Of a stretch of 64,000 bases of DNA, positions 20,621 to 30,864 are shown piece after piece. The notes below the pieces were generated by a model. It was not told where the DNA came from. It worked only from the letters and a program-made list of their open reading frames with translations, and made no database searches. Every line of letters starts with the position of its first letter. Position 1 is the first letter of the stretch. The position numbers and the translations under genes were made by a program. Source of the DNA: Thermodesulfobacteriota bacterium (GTDB lineage: Bacteria; Desulfobacterota_D; UBA1144); assembly GCA_036340075.1 (NCBI GenBank), contig JAYYZJ010000004.1, positions 1 through 64,000 of the forward strand, read 5' to 3'.

Positions 20621-21120
20621 AAAAATATATTAGAGACATACCAGATTTTCCAAAAGCAGGGATTCTATACAGGGACATAACTCCCCTACTAGAAGATCAT
20701 GAAGCTTTTACCTATGTAGTCAACCAGCTTTCTGAGAACATACCTGAGAGTGTTACATCTATCATTGCACCTGAATCTAGAGGTTTTATTTTTGCGTCAG
20801 CTGTTTGCTATAAAGCAAAAAAGAATCTAGTGCTTGTTAGGAAAAAAGGGAAGTTACCATTTAAAACATTTGAAATTGATTATGAATTAGAATATGGAAC
20901 TGATACTTTTCAAATTCATACTGATTCAATAGAAAAAAACTCAAAAGTTGCCATTATAGATGATTTACTAGCAACTGGTGGGACGATATCTGCTATTGAG
21001 GATTTGTTAGAAAATTTTAATTGTAAGATACTTAATATATCCTTCGTAATTGAGCTAATTGGCTTAAATGGAAGAGAAAAGATTGCTTGCAAGGAGATAG
21101 ACTCTATAATCAAATACTAA
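20611..21120 (+). CDS. apt: Adenine phosphoribosyltransferase
   Basis: IPDFPKAGILYRDITPLL, ESRGF, YELEYG, IDDLLATGGT. Confidence 0.96.
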   Translation: MELKKYIRDIPDFPKAGILYRDITPLLEDHEAFTYVVNQLSENIPESVTSIIAPESRGFIFASAVCYKAKKNLVLVRKKGKLPFKTFEIDYELEYGTDTFQIHTDSIEKNSKVAIIDDLLATGGTISAIEDLLENFNCKILNISFVIELIGLNGREKIACKEIDSIIKY

Positions 21121-22208
21121 TGGAAATAATAGTTAATCAAAAATCTACTTCTAATAATTACAAAATAAAATTTGTAGAAAAAACTAATAGATTATTTGGA
21201 ATAAGAATTACAAAATATCAAAAGGTTGCTATACTAACTGACAATAATCTATACAAAAGCTACGAAAGATATCTAAAAATCAATAATATTCTTTTAATCA
21301 AAGTAAGTCCTGGTGAATTATCAAAGTCTATTGAAACAAAAGTTTATATTGAAGATTTATTGTTTAAGAATGGGTTTAATCGTAAAAGTTTAATAATTGC
21401 ATTCGGGGGTGGTGTCATAGGAGATCTTGGTGGCTATGTAGCATCTACGTTCATGCGCGGTATAGATATAATACATGTCCCAACATCATTAATTTCTATT
21501 GTTGATAGCGCCATAGGAGGAAAGACCGGAATTGATAATAAATTTGGAAAAAATTTAATTGGTACTTTTTATAATCCTAAAGAGATAATTGTAAACAAGA
21601 ATTTTTTAAAAACGCTTCCTAAAAAAGAGATTAGACAAGGGCTAGCAGAGATAATAAAGTACGGAATTATTCAAGATAAATCATTAATACGTTTACTAGA
21701 AAATATTGAAGTTGATTTTATAAAAAATACAAGAAGGATTCAAGACGAAATAATTAAAAAGTGTATAAACATAAAAGTTAAAGTAGTTAGAGAAGATTTC
21801 AAAGAAAGCAACAAAAGAATGATTCTAAACTTTGGCCATACGATTGGTCATGCAATTGAGAAATACTACAAATATAAAAAATCTCATGGTGATTGCATTG
21901 GAATCGGAATGCTAATAGAATCAAAAATTGCCACGGATATAGGAATTCTGTCTGAAAAGGATTACTCTAAGATAAAGAATATCCTATTAAGATTTAATCT
22001 TCTATCGCTTAAACTAAAACCTACTTCATCAAACAAGCTTATTGATAATATGAAATTAGACAAGAAGAATAAAACTAACAAGATAACTTTTGTATTACCA
22101 GAAGCGATTGGGAAAATAAGAAAATGGTCTAATTCGTATTCTATAGAAATCCCCGAAAAAATTATTACAAAATCAATAAGAAATGCGCTTAATGAAATTA
22201 AAAATTAA
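21120..22208 (+). CDS. aroB: 3-dehydroquinate synthase
   Basis: GGGVIGDL, DSAIGGKTG, KNLIGTF, LNFGHTIGHAIE; start at ATG overlapping the apt stop. Confidence 0.94.
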   Translation: MEIIVNQKSTSNNYKIKFVEKTNRLFGIRITKYQKVAILTDNNLYKSYERYLKINNILLIKVSPGELSKSIETKVYIEDLLFKNGFNRKSLIIAFGGGVIGDLGGYVASTFMRGIDIIHVPTSLISIVDSAIGGKTGIDNKFGKNLIGTFYNPKEIIVNKNFLKTLPKKEIRQGLAEIIKYGIIQDKSLIRLLENIEVDFIKNTRRIQDEIIKKCINIKVKVVREDFKESNKRMILNFGHTIGHAIEKYYKYKKSHGDCIGIGMLIESKIATDIGILSEKDYSKIKNILLRFNLLSLKLKPTSSNKLIDNMKLDKKNKTNKITFVLPEAIGKIRKWSNSYSIEIPEKIITKSIRNALNEIKN

Positions 22209-22788
22209 TCAGTTTTCAAGATATTTGATAGACCCTTCGCTGTCCTCTTCATTAAAGAATTTTACAAAAGGCAGAAGCATATATCTCGATATAGGCTGCG
22301 GAGATGGTGAATTTGTTACTGAATTAGCTGAGAAATATCCAAAAAAATATTTTGTTGGAATTGAAATCAAATATGGAAGAATAATAAAATGTCTTAAAAA
22401 GGCAAAATTAAATAAAAATCATAATTTACGATACATGCTAGCAGATGCAAGCATAATGCTAAATCAAATAATACCTCCAAATTCAATAAATAAGATATTT
22501 ATCAATAATCCGGATCCCTGGCCAAAAGAAAAACATGAAAAGAATAGAATTTTAAACAGTATGTTTTTCACTGTTCTACATAAAGCACTAAAAAGAAGAG
22601 GATTTCTATACATAAAAACCGACGACAGAGGATACAAAAGTTTCATAGAAAAAGAAATATCCAAATCACAATTTAAAAAAAACAATAATCTAACTAGATT
22701 TGACAAATCACTTCCATTAACTAAATTTCAAAAATTATATTTGAATAACAATAAAAGAATCTATAGTTTTAAATTAGAAAAATTATAG
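22192..22788 (+). CDS. trmB: tRNA (guanine-N7)-methyltransferase
   Basis: LDIGCGDG, GIE, PDPWPKEKHEKNRI, KTD. Confidence 0.9.
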   Translation: MKLKINQFSRYLIDPSLSSSLKNFTKGRSIYLDIGCGDGEFVTELAEKYPKKYFVGIEIKYGRIIKCLKKAKLNKNHNLRYMLADASIMLNQIIPPNSINKIFINNPDPWPKEKHEKNRILNSMFFTVLHKALKRRGFLYIKTDDRGYKSFIEKEISKSQFKKNNNLTRFDKSLPLTKFQKLYLNNNKRIYSFKLEKL

Positions 22789-23484
22789 TTACATATTTTT
22801 TAAAAATATTTCAAAAGTATCTTCTCTCAATTGATCTATGGATTCTTTTTTGTCTTCATAAGAATCAACATAAATTTCTGGGAGTATTTCGATTTCTATC
22901 TTTCCTGGCTTAATCAACAAGGAACCCTTTCTTACTATTTCACCAGAACCTCTAATTATCATTGGCACTATATTAGTATTAGTCTTTTTCGCGATATAGA
23001 ATCCGCCATTCTTAAAATCAATTAATCCTGGGTTAGGGTTTCGTGTTCCTTCTGGAGCTATAAAAACAATTTTGCCTTTTTTTATTTTTTTTAACATCTT
23101 CACAACTTCTCTTCTATCATCAAAAGATCCATCTCTTGATACAAAATAATGGTCCATAATTTTTACAGTTTGACCAAAGAAAGGAACTTTTAATAATTCT
23201 TTTTTCATCATCGCTCTCCAATCATATTTCATAAATGATGCAAAAGAAAAAATATCAAACATGCTTTTATGGTTATACATTACGATTAAAGGTTTATTCT
23301 TTATATTTTCTAATCCTTTTACTTTAAGTTCTACATTACAACTTAATATTATTAGCTTCCCCCATATTTTCACTATTGTCTTATTAGCGAATTTAGGAGA
23401 GAAAATTGAAATTGCCGCTGCTGGGATAGCTAAGAATACTGTTAAAAAGGCTATTATGAACCATCTTATATATGAAGATATCAT
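22789..23484 (-). CDS. plsC: 1-acyl-sn-glycerol-3-phosphate acyltransferase
   Basis: NHKSMFD (HxxxxD), APEGTR, FKNGGF. Confidence 0.88.
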   Translation of the reverse strand: MISSYIRWFIIAFLTVFLAIPAAAISIFSPKFANKTIVKIWGKLIILSCNVELKVKGLENIKNKPLIVMYNHKSMFDIFSFASFMKYDWRAMMKKELLKVPFFGQTVKIMDHYFVSRDGSFDDRREVVKMLKKIKKGKIVFIAPEGTRNPNPGLIDFKNGGFYIAKKTNTNIVPMIIRGSGEIVRKGSLLIKPGKIEIEILPEIYVDSYEDKKESIDQLREDTFEIFLKNM

Positions 23485-23490
23485 TATAAA

Positions 23491-23518
23491 ATCATAATAA
23501 ATAAGTTTTTTTTTTCAA
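23491..23518 (-). promoter_or_regulatory. Putative sigma70 promoter for plsC (leaderless geometry)
   Basis: TTGAAA-16 bp-TATGAT, 6 nt before ATG. Confidence 0.5.
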
Positions 23519-23574
23519 TTAATTTGATATAGACTAAATTTTCAATAGAATACTATAGATATTGGAGGGGTCTA

Positions 23575-24594
23575 ATGATAATAATCCTTAAAAGCACGGC
23601 AACGAAAGATGATTTAGAAAAAATTATTGAATCTGTTAAAGAGTATGGCTATAAAGCTGAAGTAGTTAAAGGCGAATCTAAAACAATTGTAGGGGCTGTA
23701 GGAAATCAAAAAGAAAAACAACAACATATGAATTTAATAGGACAGCTACCTGGTGTTGAATCCGTTGTTCCTATAATGCAACCTCATAAGCTTGGAAGTC
23801 GTGAATTCAAAAATGATGATTCCTCTTTTGCTGTAGGAAACACAACAGTTGGCGGAGAGACCATTACGATAATTGCTGGTCCTTGTTCAGTTGAATCAGA
23901 ACAACAAATATCAGAAATTGCTGAAGCTGTAAAAGCAAGTGGTGCAACAATTTTAAGAGGTGGTGCCTTTAAACCAAGAACTTCACCTTACACGTTCCAA
24001 GGGATGGGAGAAGAAGGACTTAAGCTGCTTAGAAAAGCTGGTGACATGGTAGAACTTCCAATAGTCACTGAAGTTTTAGATGTCGAGGATTTAGATCTAG
24101 TTTGCGAATATACTGACATGATTCAAATTGGTGCAAGAAATTGTCAAAACTATGCTCTTCTAAAAGCTATAGGAAAAAGTAATAAACCAGTTTTATTAAA
24201 AAGAGGTATGTCTACTTCTATTAACGAATTTTTATTATGTGCAGAATATCTCCTAGCGGAAGGCAATATGAATGTAGCACTATGTGAAAGAGGTATAAGA
24301 ACTTTTGAAACAGCCACAAGGAATACTTTTGATATTAATGCTATTCCGGTTCTGAAGGAAAAAACTCATTTACCAATAATAGCTGACCCAGCTCATGGTA
24401 CAGGTTATTGGCAATATGTTTCTCCGATTGCATATGCATCAATTGCTGCTGGAGCAGATGGTTTAGCAGTAGAAGTGCATAACAAACCTGAAATTGCGCT
24501 TAGTGACGGTGGCCAATCCTTGAAGCCAAAAAAATTCCAAATAATGGTAGATAAATCTAGAATTATTGCTGAAGCAATAGGAAGAAAGCTTTAA
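23575..24594 (+). CDS. aroF: DAHP synthase type I-beta with N-terminal regulatory domain
   Basis: IAGPCSVES, GGAFKPRTSPYTFQG, QIGARN, LCERGIRTFE; GGAGG RBS. Confidence 0.94.
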   Translation: MIIILKSTATKDDLEKIIESVKEYGYKAEVVKGESKTIVGAVGNQKEKQQHMNLIGQLPGVESVVPIMQPHKLGSREFKNDDSSFAVGNTTVGGETITIIAGPCSVESEQQISEIAEAVKASGATILRGGAFKPRTSPYTFQGMGEEGLKLLRKAGDMVELPIVTEVLDVEDLDLVCEYTDMIQIGARNCQNYALLKAIGKSNKPVLLKRGMSTSINEFLLCAEYLLAEGNMNVALCERGIRTFETATRNTFDINAIPVLKEKTHLPIIADPAHGTGYWQYVSPIAYASIAAGADGLAVEVHNKPEIALSDGGQSLKPKKFQIMVDKSRIIAEAIGRKL

Positions 24595-25205
24595 GAGTCA
24601 TCATCAATAAAAACTCTTCTTCCATCTATTCTTTGTACTTTATTTTCTGATAATATTCTTATTGCTTTTGGTAAAATTTCATGTTCTTTTTCATGTATTT
24701 TTGTTAACAAGGTTTCCTCTGTATCGTTTTGTAAAACTTCTACAACTCCTTGTAAAATAATTGGTCCAGTATCAATACCATCGTCAACAAAATGTACTGT
24801 GCAACCTGCAAATCTTGCTCCATAATCAAGAGCTTGTTTTGGTGCATTTAGTCCCGTAAAAGCTGGTAGCAGAGAAGGATGCAAATTTATTACTTTTTTC
24901 TCATATTGTTGAATAAAAAATGGAGAAAGAATTCTTTTAAATCCTGCTAATACAATTAAATCAAGATTCAGATTATTGATTTTCTTGATAATCTCTTTTT
25001 CGAAATCTTTCCTAGATTCAAAGCCTTTGTGAGAGAGTAGTATAGAATCAATAGAAAGCTTTTTGGCACGTTCTAAAACTTTTGCACCTTCCACATTGCA
25101 AAACAGTAATGAAACTTCTACATTCGGTATTTTGGCCTTAACTATTGCTTCAAAATTAGTGCCACTACCAGAGGAAAAAACAGCAATTTTAAAAATCTTG
25201 GACAT
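24591..25205 (-). CDS. purN: Phosphoribosylglycinamide formyltransferase
   Basis: SGSGTN, LAGF, INLHPSLLPAF, GCTVHFVDDGIDTGPII. Confidence 0.96.
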   Translation of the reverse strand: MSKIFKIAVFSSGSGTNFEAIVKAKIPNVEVSLLFCNVEGAKVLERAKKLSIDSILLSHKGFESRKDFEKEIIKKINNLNLDLIVLAGFKRILSPFFIQQYEKKVINLHPSLLPAFTGLNAPKQALDYGARFAGCTVHFVDDGIDTGPIILQGVVEVLQNDTEETLLTKIHEKEHEILPKAIRILSENKVQRIDGRRVFIDDDS

Positions 25206-25220
25206 AACAAGAACACTGAT

Positions 25221-25333
25221 TAGGCGGCTACCTACTTTCCCAAAACTTCATGTCTCAGTATCATCGGCCTCTGAGGACTTAACTGCCGGGTTCGGAATGG
25301 AACCGGGTGTACCCCCTCCAGTTTGACCGCCTA
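25221..25333 (-). rRNA. rrf: 5S rRNA (stand-alone)
   Basis: 113 nt GC-rich; terminal helix TAGGCGG/CCGCCTA; CACCCGGTTCCATTCCGAACCCGGCAGTTAAG and GGGAAAGTAGGT 5S signatures. Confidence 0.95.
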
Positions 25334-25342
25334 AAGGATACA

Positions 25343-25370
25343 ATCATAAACAAAAATATATTCTTGTCAA
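25343..25370 (-). promoter_or_regulatory. Sigma70-type promoter for the 5S rRNA gene
   Basis: TTGACA (25365-70), 16 bp spacer, TATGAT (25343-48), directly upstream of 5S. Confidence 0.75.
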
Positions 25371-25376
25371 TAAAGT

Positions 25377-26720
25377 CTATTCTAAATAGTTAAGTACAGG
25401 GGATTTTCTTAATTTTTTAAGTTTTTTTAAAGCTTTCAGTTCAATTTGCCTAATTCTTTCTCTAGTAACATTAAACATGTTTCCGATTTCTTCCAACGTA
25501 AATACCTGATCTTCGTCAATACCAAATCGTTTCTTTATTACATCTTTTTCTCTTTGATTTAGTACCTTTGATAGAGAATCATTAATGATTTCTTTTAATT
25601 CAACGCTTTCAAAAAACTCGTACTGAGATGGGCTTGCATCATCTTTAACAGAATCTAAGAGAGTTTGATTTGCATCATTCTCGCTAACAGGAGCATCTAA
25701 AGCGATAGGATCTTTTGTTACTCTTAAAATCTTTTCAATTTTATCAATATCAAAATTTGATTTTTCAGCTAACTCCTCAGATGTTGGTTCTCTACCTAGT
25801 TGTTGCACTAATTGCCTTGAAATAGAGAATATTCTATTAATCTGTTCAGTCATATGTACTGGTATTCTAATAATTCTAGCTTGATCTGCTAGGGCACGAG
25901 TAATCGACTGTCTAATCCACCAAGTTGCATAAGTAGAGAATTTATATCCTCTTCTATATTCGAATTTTTCTACAGCTCTAATCAATCCAATATTTCCTTC
26001 TTGAATTAAATCTAAGAAAGGAAGACCTTTGTTGATATATCTCCTTGCAATACTTACTACTAATCTTAGATTTGACTCTACAAGTTTCTTCTTTGCAGTT
26101 ATATAATTTAATTTTGCTCTATGAAATTCATTTGTTTCTATTGATTTAGTCTTTTTCTTTTTCATGTAAACATAAATTTTATTTAAAATCTCACGATTAA
26201 ATTCAATCTCTAGCAATTCTTGATTTAACAAATCTTTGTCTTTTTTTGAAATTTTCTTTTTCTTTAAGATGTCACTTATTGTTTCTGAAAGATTTCCAGT
26301 TCTTCTGTTTGCATAATCACTCATTCTTTTCTTATTATTTGGTTTATCAGTTTCATCAAAACCAAAAGAATCTGTATTTAGATTTTTAGCAAGATAACTC
26401 TCTAAGAGTATAGAAAGTATTTTAATATCTGTAATCATAGATGAACATAATTTTGTTTTTGCATTACTGAGCTTCGATGCTACTTCAGTCTCTTCTGTTC
26501 TATTGAGCAGTGAATGAAAGGCGATAGAGTTAAGATAGCTTTTAACTGAATCTTCTGCGTGATCACTTGTAGTTTGTATATTACCAACAATCTTGCCACT
26601 ATCTTTTTTTCTGTTCCTTCGTATTTTGATTTTTGGTAGAACTTTTGAAACAAATTCCGGCAAAAAGTTCATAGCAACAATTAAATCATTCTTTTTTGTT
26701 TCTGTTTGAACATTAGTCAT
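25377..26720 (-). CDS. rpoD: RNA polymerase sigma70 factor (RpoD position)
   Basis: [53 protein letters not shown]; after rpsU-dnaG. Confidence 0.9.
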   Translation of the reverse strand: MTNVQTETKKNDLIVAMNFLPEFVSKVLPKIKIRRNRKKDSGKIVGNIQTTSDHAEDSVKSYLNSIAFHSLLNRTEETEVASKLSNAKTKLCSSMITDIKILSILLESYLAKNLNTDSFGFDETDKPNNKKRMSDYANRRTGNLSETISDILKKKKISKKDKDLLNQELLEIEFNREILNKIYVYMKKKKTKSIETNEFHRAKLNYITAKKKLVESNLRLVVSIARRYINKGLPFLDLIQEGNIGLIRAVEKFEYRRGYKFSTYATWWIRQSITRALADQARIIRIPVHMTEQINRIFSISRQLVQQLGREPTSEELAEKSNFDIDKIEKILRVTKDPIALDAPVSENDANQTLLDSVKDDASPSQYEFFESVELKEIINDSLSKVLNQREKDVIKKRFGIDEDQVFTLEEIGNMFNVTRERIRQIELKALKKLKKLRKSPVLNYLE

Positions 26721-26758
26721 GCTAAATCTCTGGAATATAATAAAAGTTCTATTGTAAC

Positions 26759-28519
26759 CTATTTTTTAAGCTTTTTCTCTTCTTCGATTAAAACTTGTAA
26801 TTCACTTAACAATTGTTTTTCTTCTTCTGTTTCTAATTGTTCATTATTGTTTAATTTTAAGCTTATTTTTCTTTTCTTATTCTTGATTGTATCAATCTTA
26901 TTTTTTTTGATACAATCATTGATAATTTGCATATTGATTGAATCTGTATCACCAATTTTATAAGCATTGAACAGGAGGCTTGTTATATAATTTCTTAACT
27001 CTTCATTGTCTGTATTATTTATGAGCTCTGACGCTTCTAGTTTAAGATTTTTATCGATGAATTGAAGAGTGCTTATAAAATCATCAGATTTAAAGAGTAA
27101 TGTCAAATTATATAACAGCTCTTTCTCTCTTAATCTTGGGTTCTCTATTAAAATTTTTAAAATTATATCATCAGGGGTTAAATTATTCTTTTTGCTTTCC
27201 TCGTTTTCACTAGCACTTGATGGTACTTGTTTGTAGAATATTTTCTCAAATTCAATTTTAGATATTCCAAAAGTTGAAACAAATTTATTAATAGAAATAT
27301 CTGCCTGTATTCTATCTTTCATGTATTTAATCTTCGAAACAAAGTCATTAATAAGTTCATTAATTGAAATATCTTTATCCATAAATTGTTTCTTCAAAAA
27401 ATTAATATACTCATCAATAATTAATGTGGATTTTCTAGCTTTATCTAGAAAGACTTTTGTGCTAAATTTCTCGATGAAAGAGCATGGGTCATGGTTGTCT
27501 TCTAGTCTTAACATATAAACCTCGATGCCTAATTGATAGAGTGGTTCGATATTTTTAAAAGATGCATTTATACCAGCATCATCGGAATCAAAGCACAAAA
27601 TAACTTTATTAGAATATTTTTTAATTTCGTTTGCATGTTCAATTGTTAGAGCTGTCCCCATTGTTGCAACAACATTATAAAGATTGTATTTATTCATCAT
27701 CATTACATCTGTGTATCCTTCTACTATAAAAATATAATTTGATTTACCTCTTTTTAGATTTGAGAATTTATCTATACCATAAAGGACCTTTCTCTTAGAG
27801 AAGATTTCGGATTCATGAGAATTAATGTATTTCGGGGGTTCATCAGTAATTGACCTACCAGCAAAACCTAAGACTTGGTTTTGTCTATTCTTTATTGGAA
27901 ACATAATTCTATTACGAAAAAAATCATAAAGCTTCCTTTCCTTTTCTTTTTTTACAATCAGTCCGAGTTTGATTGCCATCTCCATATGTTTCTCATTTTT
28001 ATTTAAAAATGAAACAAGAAAATCCCATTTGTTAGGAGAAAAGCCAAGATCATTCTCAAGGATATCTTTTTTATCAAAGCCTCTTTCTTTCAGATATGCT
28101 AATGCATCTTTGCTATTTTTACTCTTCAACAAAAATTCATTGTACAGTTTAGATATATGTTCATTAATTTTGTAAAGCTCATTTTTAAAACTTAAGTCTT
28201 CTTTGAAGTTGGTTTTTGATATTTTAATTTTAATATTAAAAAAATCACAAATTTCATCAATTGCTTCAGAGGAATTTAGATTCTTGAATTCTTTTACAAA
28301 GGTAATGAGATTCCCTCCTGCTTTACAAGAAAAACAATGATAAAGTCCCTTGGAATCATTAACCGACATTGAAGGATTGGTGTCATCATGAAAAGGACAA
28401 CGAGTAAGAAAGTTAGAACCAGACTTTTTAAGTGGGGCCCAATTCTTTTCTATGTATTCTACAATAGATGTTTTATCTAAAAGATTACCGAAATCGGTGT
28501 ATTGCTCATTTGGTGGCAT
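26759..28519 (-). CDS. dnaG: DNA primase
   Basis: [15 protein letters not shown] zinc finger, [28 protein letters not shown]. Confidence 0.96.
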   Translation of the reverse strand: MPPNEQYTDFGNLLDKTSIVEYIEKNWAPLKKSGSNFLTRCPFHDDTNPSMSVNDSKGLYHCFSCKAGGNLITFVKEFKNLNSSEAIDEICDFFNIKIKISKTNFKEDLSFKNELYKINEHISKLYNEFLLKSKNSKDALAYLKERGFDKKDILENDLGFSPNKWDFLVSFLNKNEKHMEMAIKLGLIVKKEKERKLYDFFRNRIMFPIKNRQNQVLGFAGRSITDEPPKYINSHESEIFSKRKVLYGIDKFSNLKRGKSNYIFIVEGYTDVMMMNKYNLYNVVATMGTALTIEHANEIKKYSNKVILCFDSDDAGINASFKNIEPLYQLGIEVYMLRLEDNHDPCSFIEKFSTKVFLDKARKSTLIIDEYINFLKKQFMDKDISINELINDFVSKIKYMKDRIQADISINKFVSTFGISKIEFEKIFYKQVPSSASENEESKKNNLTPDDIILKILIENPRLREKELLYNLTLLFKSDDFISTLQFIDKNLKLEASELINNTDNEELRNYITSLLFNAYKIGDTDSINMQIINDCIKKNKIDTIKNKKRKISLKLNNNEQLETEEEKQLLSELQVLIEEEKKLKK

Positions 28520-28529
28520 TTATATTAAA

Positions 28530-28724
28530 TTATTTGGATATTCGTTTTTTCTTATTAATTCTTTTTTTTGCAGCAAAAAGCTTTTTTTTCTTAGTTTCGC
28601 TAGGTTTCTCAAAATATTCTTTTTTCTTTGCATCAGACAGTACCCCACCCTTTTCTACTTGACGTTTAAATCTTCTAAGAGCATTCTCTAGGTTCTCATT
28701 ATTTCCTACATATATACCAGGCAT
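28530..28724 (-). CDS. rpsU: 30S ribosomal protein S21
   Basis: [33 protein letters not shown] before ATG 28724. Confidence 0.94.
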   Translation of the reverse strand: MPGIYVGNNENLENALRRFKRQVEKGGVLSDAKKKEYFEKPSETKKKKLFAAKKRINKKKRISK

Positions 28725-28747
28725 AAGCACTCTCCCATAAGGTAGAA

Positions 28748-28776
28748 AATTTATATTAGTATTAATTTAAAGTCAA
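28748..28776 (-). promoter_or_regulatory. Putative promoter of rpsU-dnaG-rpoD
   Basis: TTGACT-17 bp-TAAATT on minus strand. Confidence 0.55.
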
Positions 28777-28785
28777 GAAAATGAT

Positions 28786-30765
28786 TTATTTAATAGCTTT
28801 AAGTGCCTTAATTACTATATTGTCTTTAGTTATTTTGAAATGTTTATATAGGTCATTTTTAGGTGCACTAGCTCCAAAAGTTTCAACGGTAACAAAACTT
28901 GACAAGTCATCAAAATAACTTCTCCATCCTAAAGATAATCCTGCTTCTACTACAATTAATGGGGAATCTCCTAAAATGCTATCTTTAAAAGCTTTTGTTT
29001 TTCTCATAAATTTTTCTACACATGGCATTGAAACAACTGAGGCTTTTAGTCCTTGCTTGCTAATTTCTTCTGCAGCCGAGATTGCAATTTCAACCTCCGA
29101 TCCAGATGCAATTATAGTTACATCTCTTTCTTTTTTAGTTCCAAAAACAATTCTTGCGGATGGTTCTGTTAATTTCTTATTTTTTGTAATAGTGCCACCC
29201 TTAAAATTTTGTTCCGGTATAACAGATAAATCCTGCCTTGATAATGCAATAACAGAAGTTTCATTAGAAGTTAATGCATCAACCCAACAATCTAGGGTTT
29301 CATTTAAATCACACGGTCTGTAAATATTTAGATTTGGTATAGATCTTAGACTCAACAAATGCTCTATTGGTTGGTGGGTTGTTCCATCTTCTCCTAAACC
29401 TATAGAATCATGTGTCATAATGTAAATTACATTCAATCCCATTATGGCTGACAATCGGATAGAAGGTCTACAGTAATCAGTGAAAATCAAAAAAGTCCCT
29501 CCGTATGGGATAACTCCTTTGTGTAAAGCAAGACCATTCATTATAGATGCCATTCCATGCTCTCTAATTCCATAATGGACATATCTCCCACTATAATCTT
29601 TTTTAGTAATGGGAGTCATATGGCCAATCTTAGTATTATTTGATGGTGTTAAATCTGCTGACCCACCAATTAATTCGGGTATCTTAGGAATCAAGATTTC
29701 TAGTACCTTTTCACTCGCCTTCCTAGTAGAAATTTTTTTTATATCATTGTTTTTTCTATAAAATTCTTTGTAAATATTCTTAATTAAACTTTCTGTAATT
29801 GAGTAGTTGATTGATTTCTTAAACTCTTTAAATCTCTTGCTCTTGCTCAATTTTTTTTGCCAACTTATCCTTTTCTTTCTAGATCTACTTCCTGCCTTCC
29901 TCCAGAAAGATAAAATATCTTTAGGGACCTCGAATGGTTTATAGTGCCAATCCAAATTTGCTCTTGTTTTGTCAACCTCTTCAAGTCCTAATGCAGCACC
30001 GTGAGATTTTTCTGACCCTTCCTTGTTAGGTGAGCCAAAACCTATCTTTGTTTTGCAAGCAATCATTGTTGGTTTTTTAGATTTTTTTGCCCTAACAATT
30101 GCTTTTCTAATCTGATTATAATTATGTCCATCTATCGATATAAAATTCCAGCCATATGACAAGATTCTACTTTTTATATCATCAGATGTTGCAAGACTTG
30201 TTGGTCCATCAATTGATATATTATTGTCATCAAAAAACACAATTAATTTGTTTAATTTCATATGTCCTGCAAAACTTAAAGCTTCATGGCTTAAGCCTTC
30301 CATTAAACATCCATCGCCACTAAATACATATGTATAGTGATCAACGATTCCGTTTCCGAAACGTTTATTTTGAATTCTTTCGGCCAGCGCCATACCTACT
30401 GCATTTCCTAAACCTTGAGCAAGAGGGCCCGTAGTTGTTTCAACTCCTGTAGTGAATCCATACTCTGGATGACCAGGAGTTTTAGAGTTTAATTTACGAA
30501 ACCTTTTTATATCTTGTAAAGATGGTTCAGGATAACCTAGCAAATATAATAAGGAATAAAGCAGCATTGACCCATGGCCATTAGACAAAACAAATCTGTC
30601 CCTATCTTCCCAGTCTGGTTTTTTTGAATCAAACTTAAGAAACTCGGTAAAAAGCACTGTTGCAATATCTGCCATACCCATTGGCATACCCGGATGACCA
30701 GAATTAGCTTCCTGGATAGCATCTATAGATAAAAACCTTATAGCATTGGGAATTCTAGAATCCAT
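28786..30765 (-). CDS. tkt: Transketolase
   Basis: SGHPGMPMG, DRFVLSNGHGS, TPGHPE, GDGCLMEG, YGIREHGM, THDSIGLGEDG. Confidence 0.97.
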   Translation of the reverse strand: MDSRIPNAIRFLSIDAIQEANSGHPGMPMGMADIATVLFTEFLKFDSKKPDWEDRDRFVLSNGHGSMLLYSLLYLLGYPEPSLQDIKRFRKLNSKTPGHPEYGFTTGVETTTGPLAQGLGNAVGMALAERIQNKRFGNGIVDHYTYVFSGDGCLMEGLSHEALSFAGHMKLNKLIVFFDDNNISIDGPTSLATSDDIKSRILSYGWNFISIDGHNYNQIRKAIVRAKKSKKPTMIACKTKIGFGSPNKEGSEKSHGAALGLEEVDKTRANLDWHYKPFEVPKDILSFWRKAGSRSRKKRISWQKKLSKSKRFKEFKKSINYSITESLIKNIYKEFYRKNNDIKKISTRKASEKVLEILIPKIPELIGGSADLTPSNNTKIGHMTPITKKDYSGRYVHYGIREHGMASIMNGLALHKGVIPYGGTFLIFTDYCRPSIRLSAIMGLNVIYIMTHDSIGLGEDGTTHQPIEHLLSLRSIPNLNIYRPCDLNETLDCWVDALTSNETSVIALSRQDLSVIPEQNFKGGTITKNKKLTEPSARIVFGTKKERDVTIIASGSEVEIAISAAEEISKQGLKASVVSMPCVEKFMRKTKAFKDSILGDSPLIVVEAGLSLGWRSYFDDLSSFVTVETFGASAPKNDLYKHFKITKDNIVIKALKAIK

Positions 30766-30864
30766 AACAAGAAATACATTATCCTAAAGGAATTAAAATT
30801 TAAAGTTTTTTGATAGATTAATTGAAAAAAGTATTTACTAATATAAAATTCACTATCTGACGAA

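Noticed and set aside
29370..29400. Single odd residues in conserved motifs (Tkt GEDGTTHQ, PyrD GTGTP, ParB SNAN)
   Set aside because: Isolated substitutions that could be drift or sequencing error, with no coherent pattern, unlike ilvB
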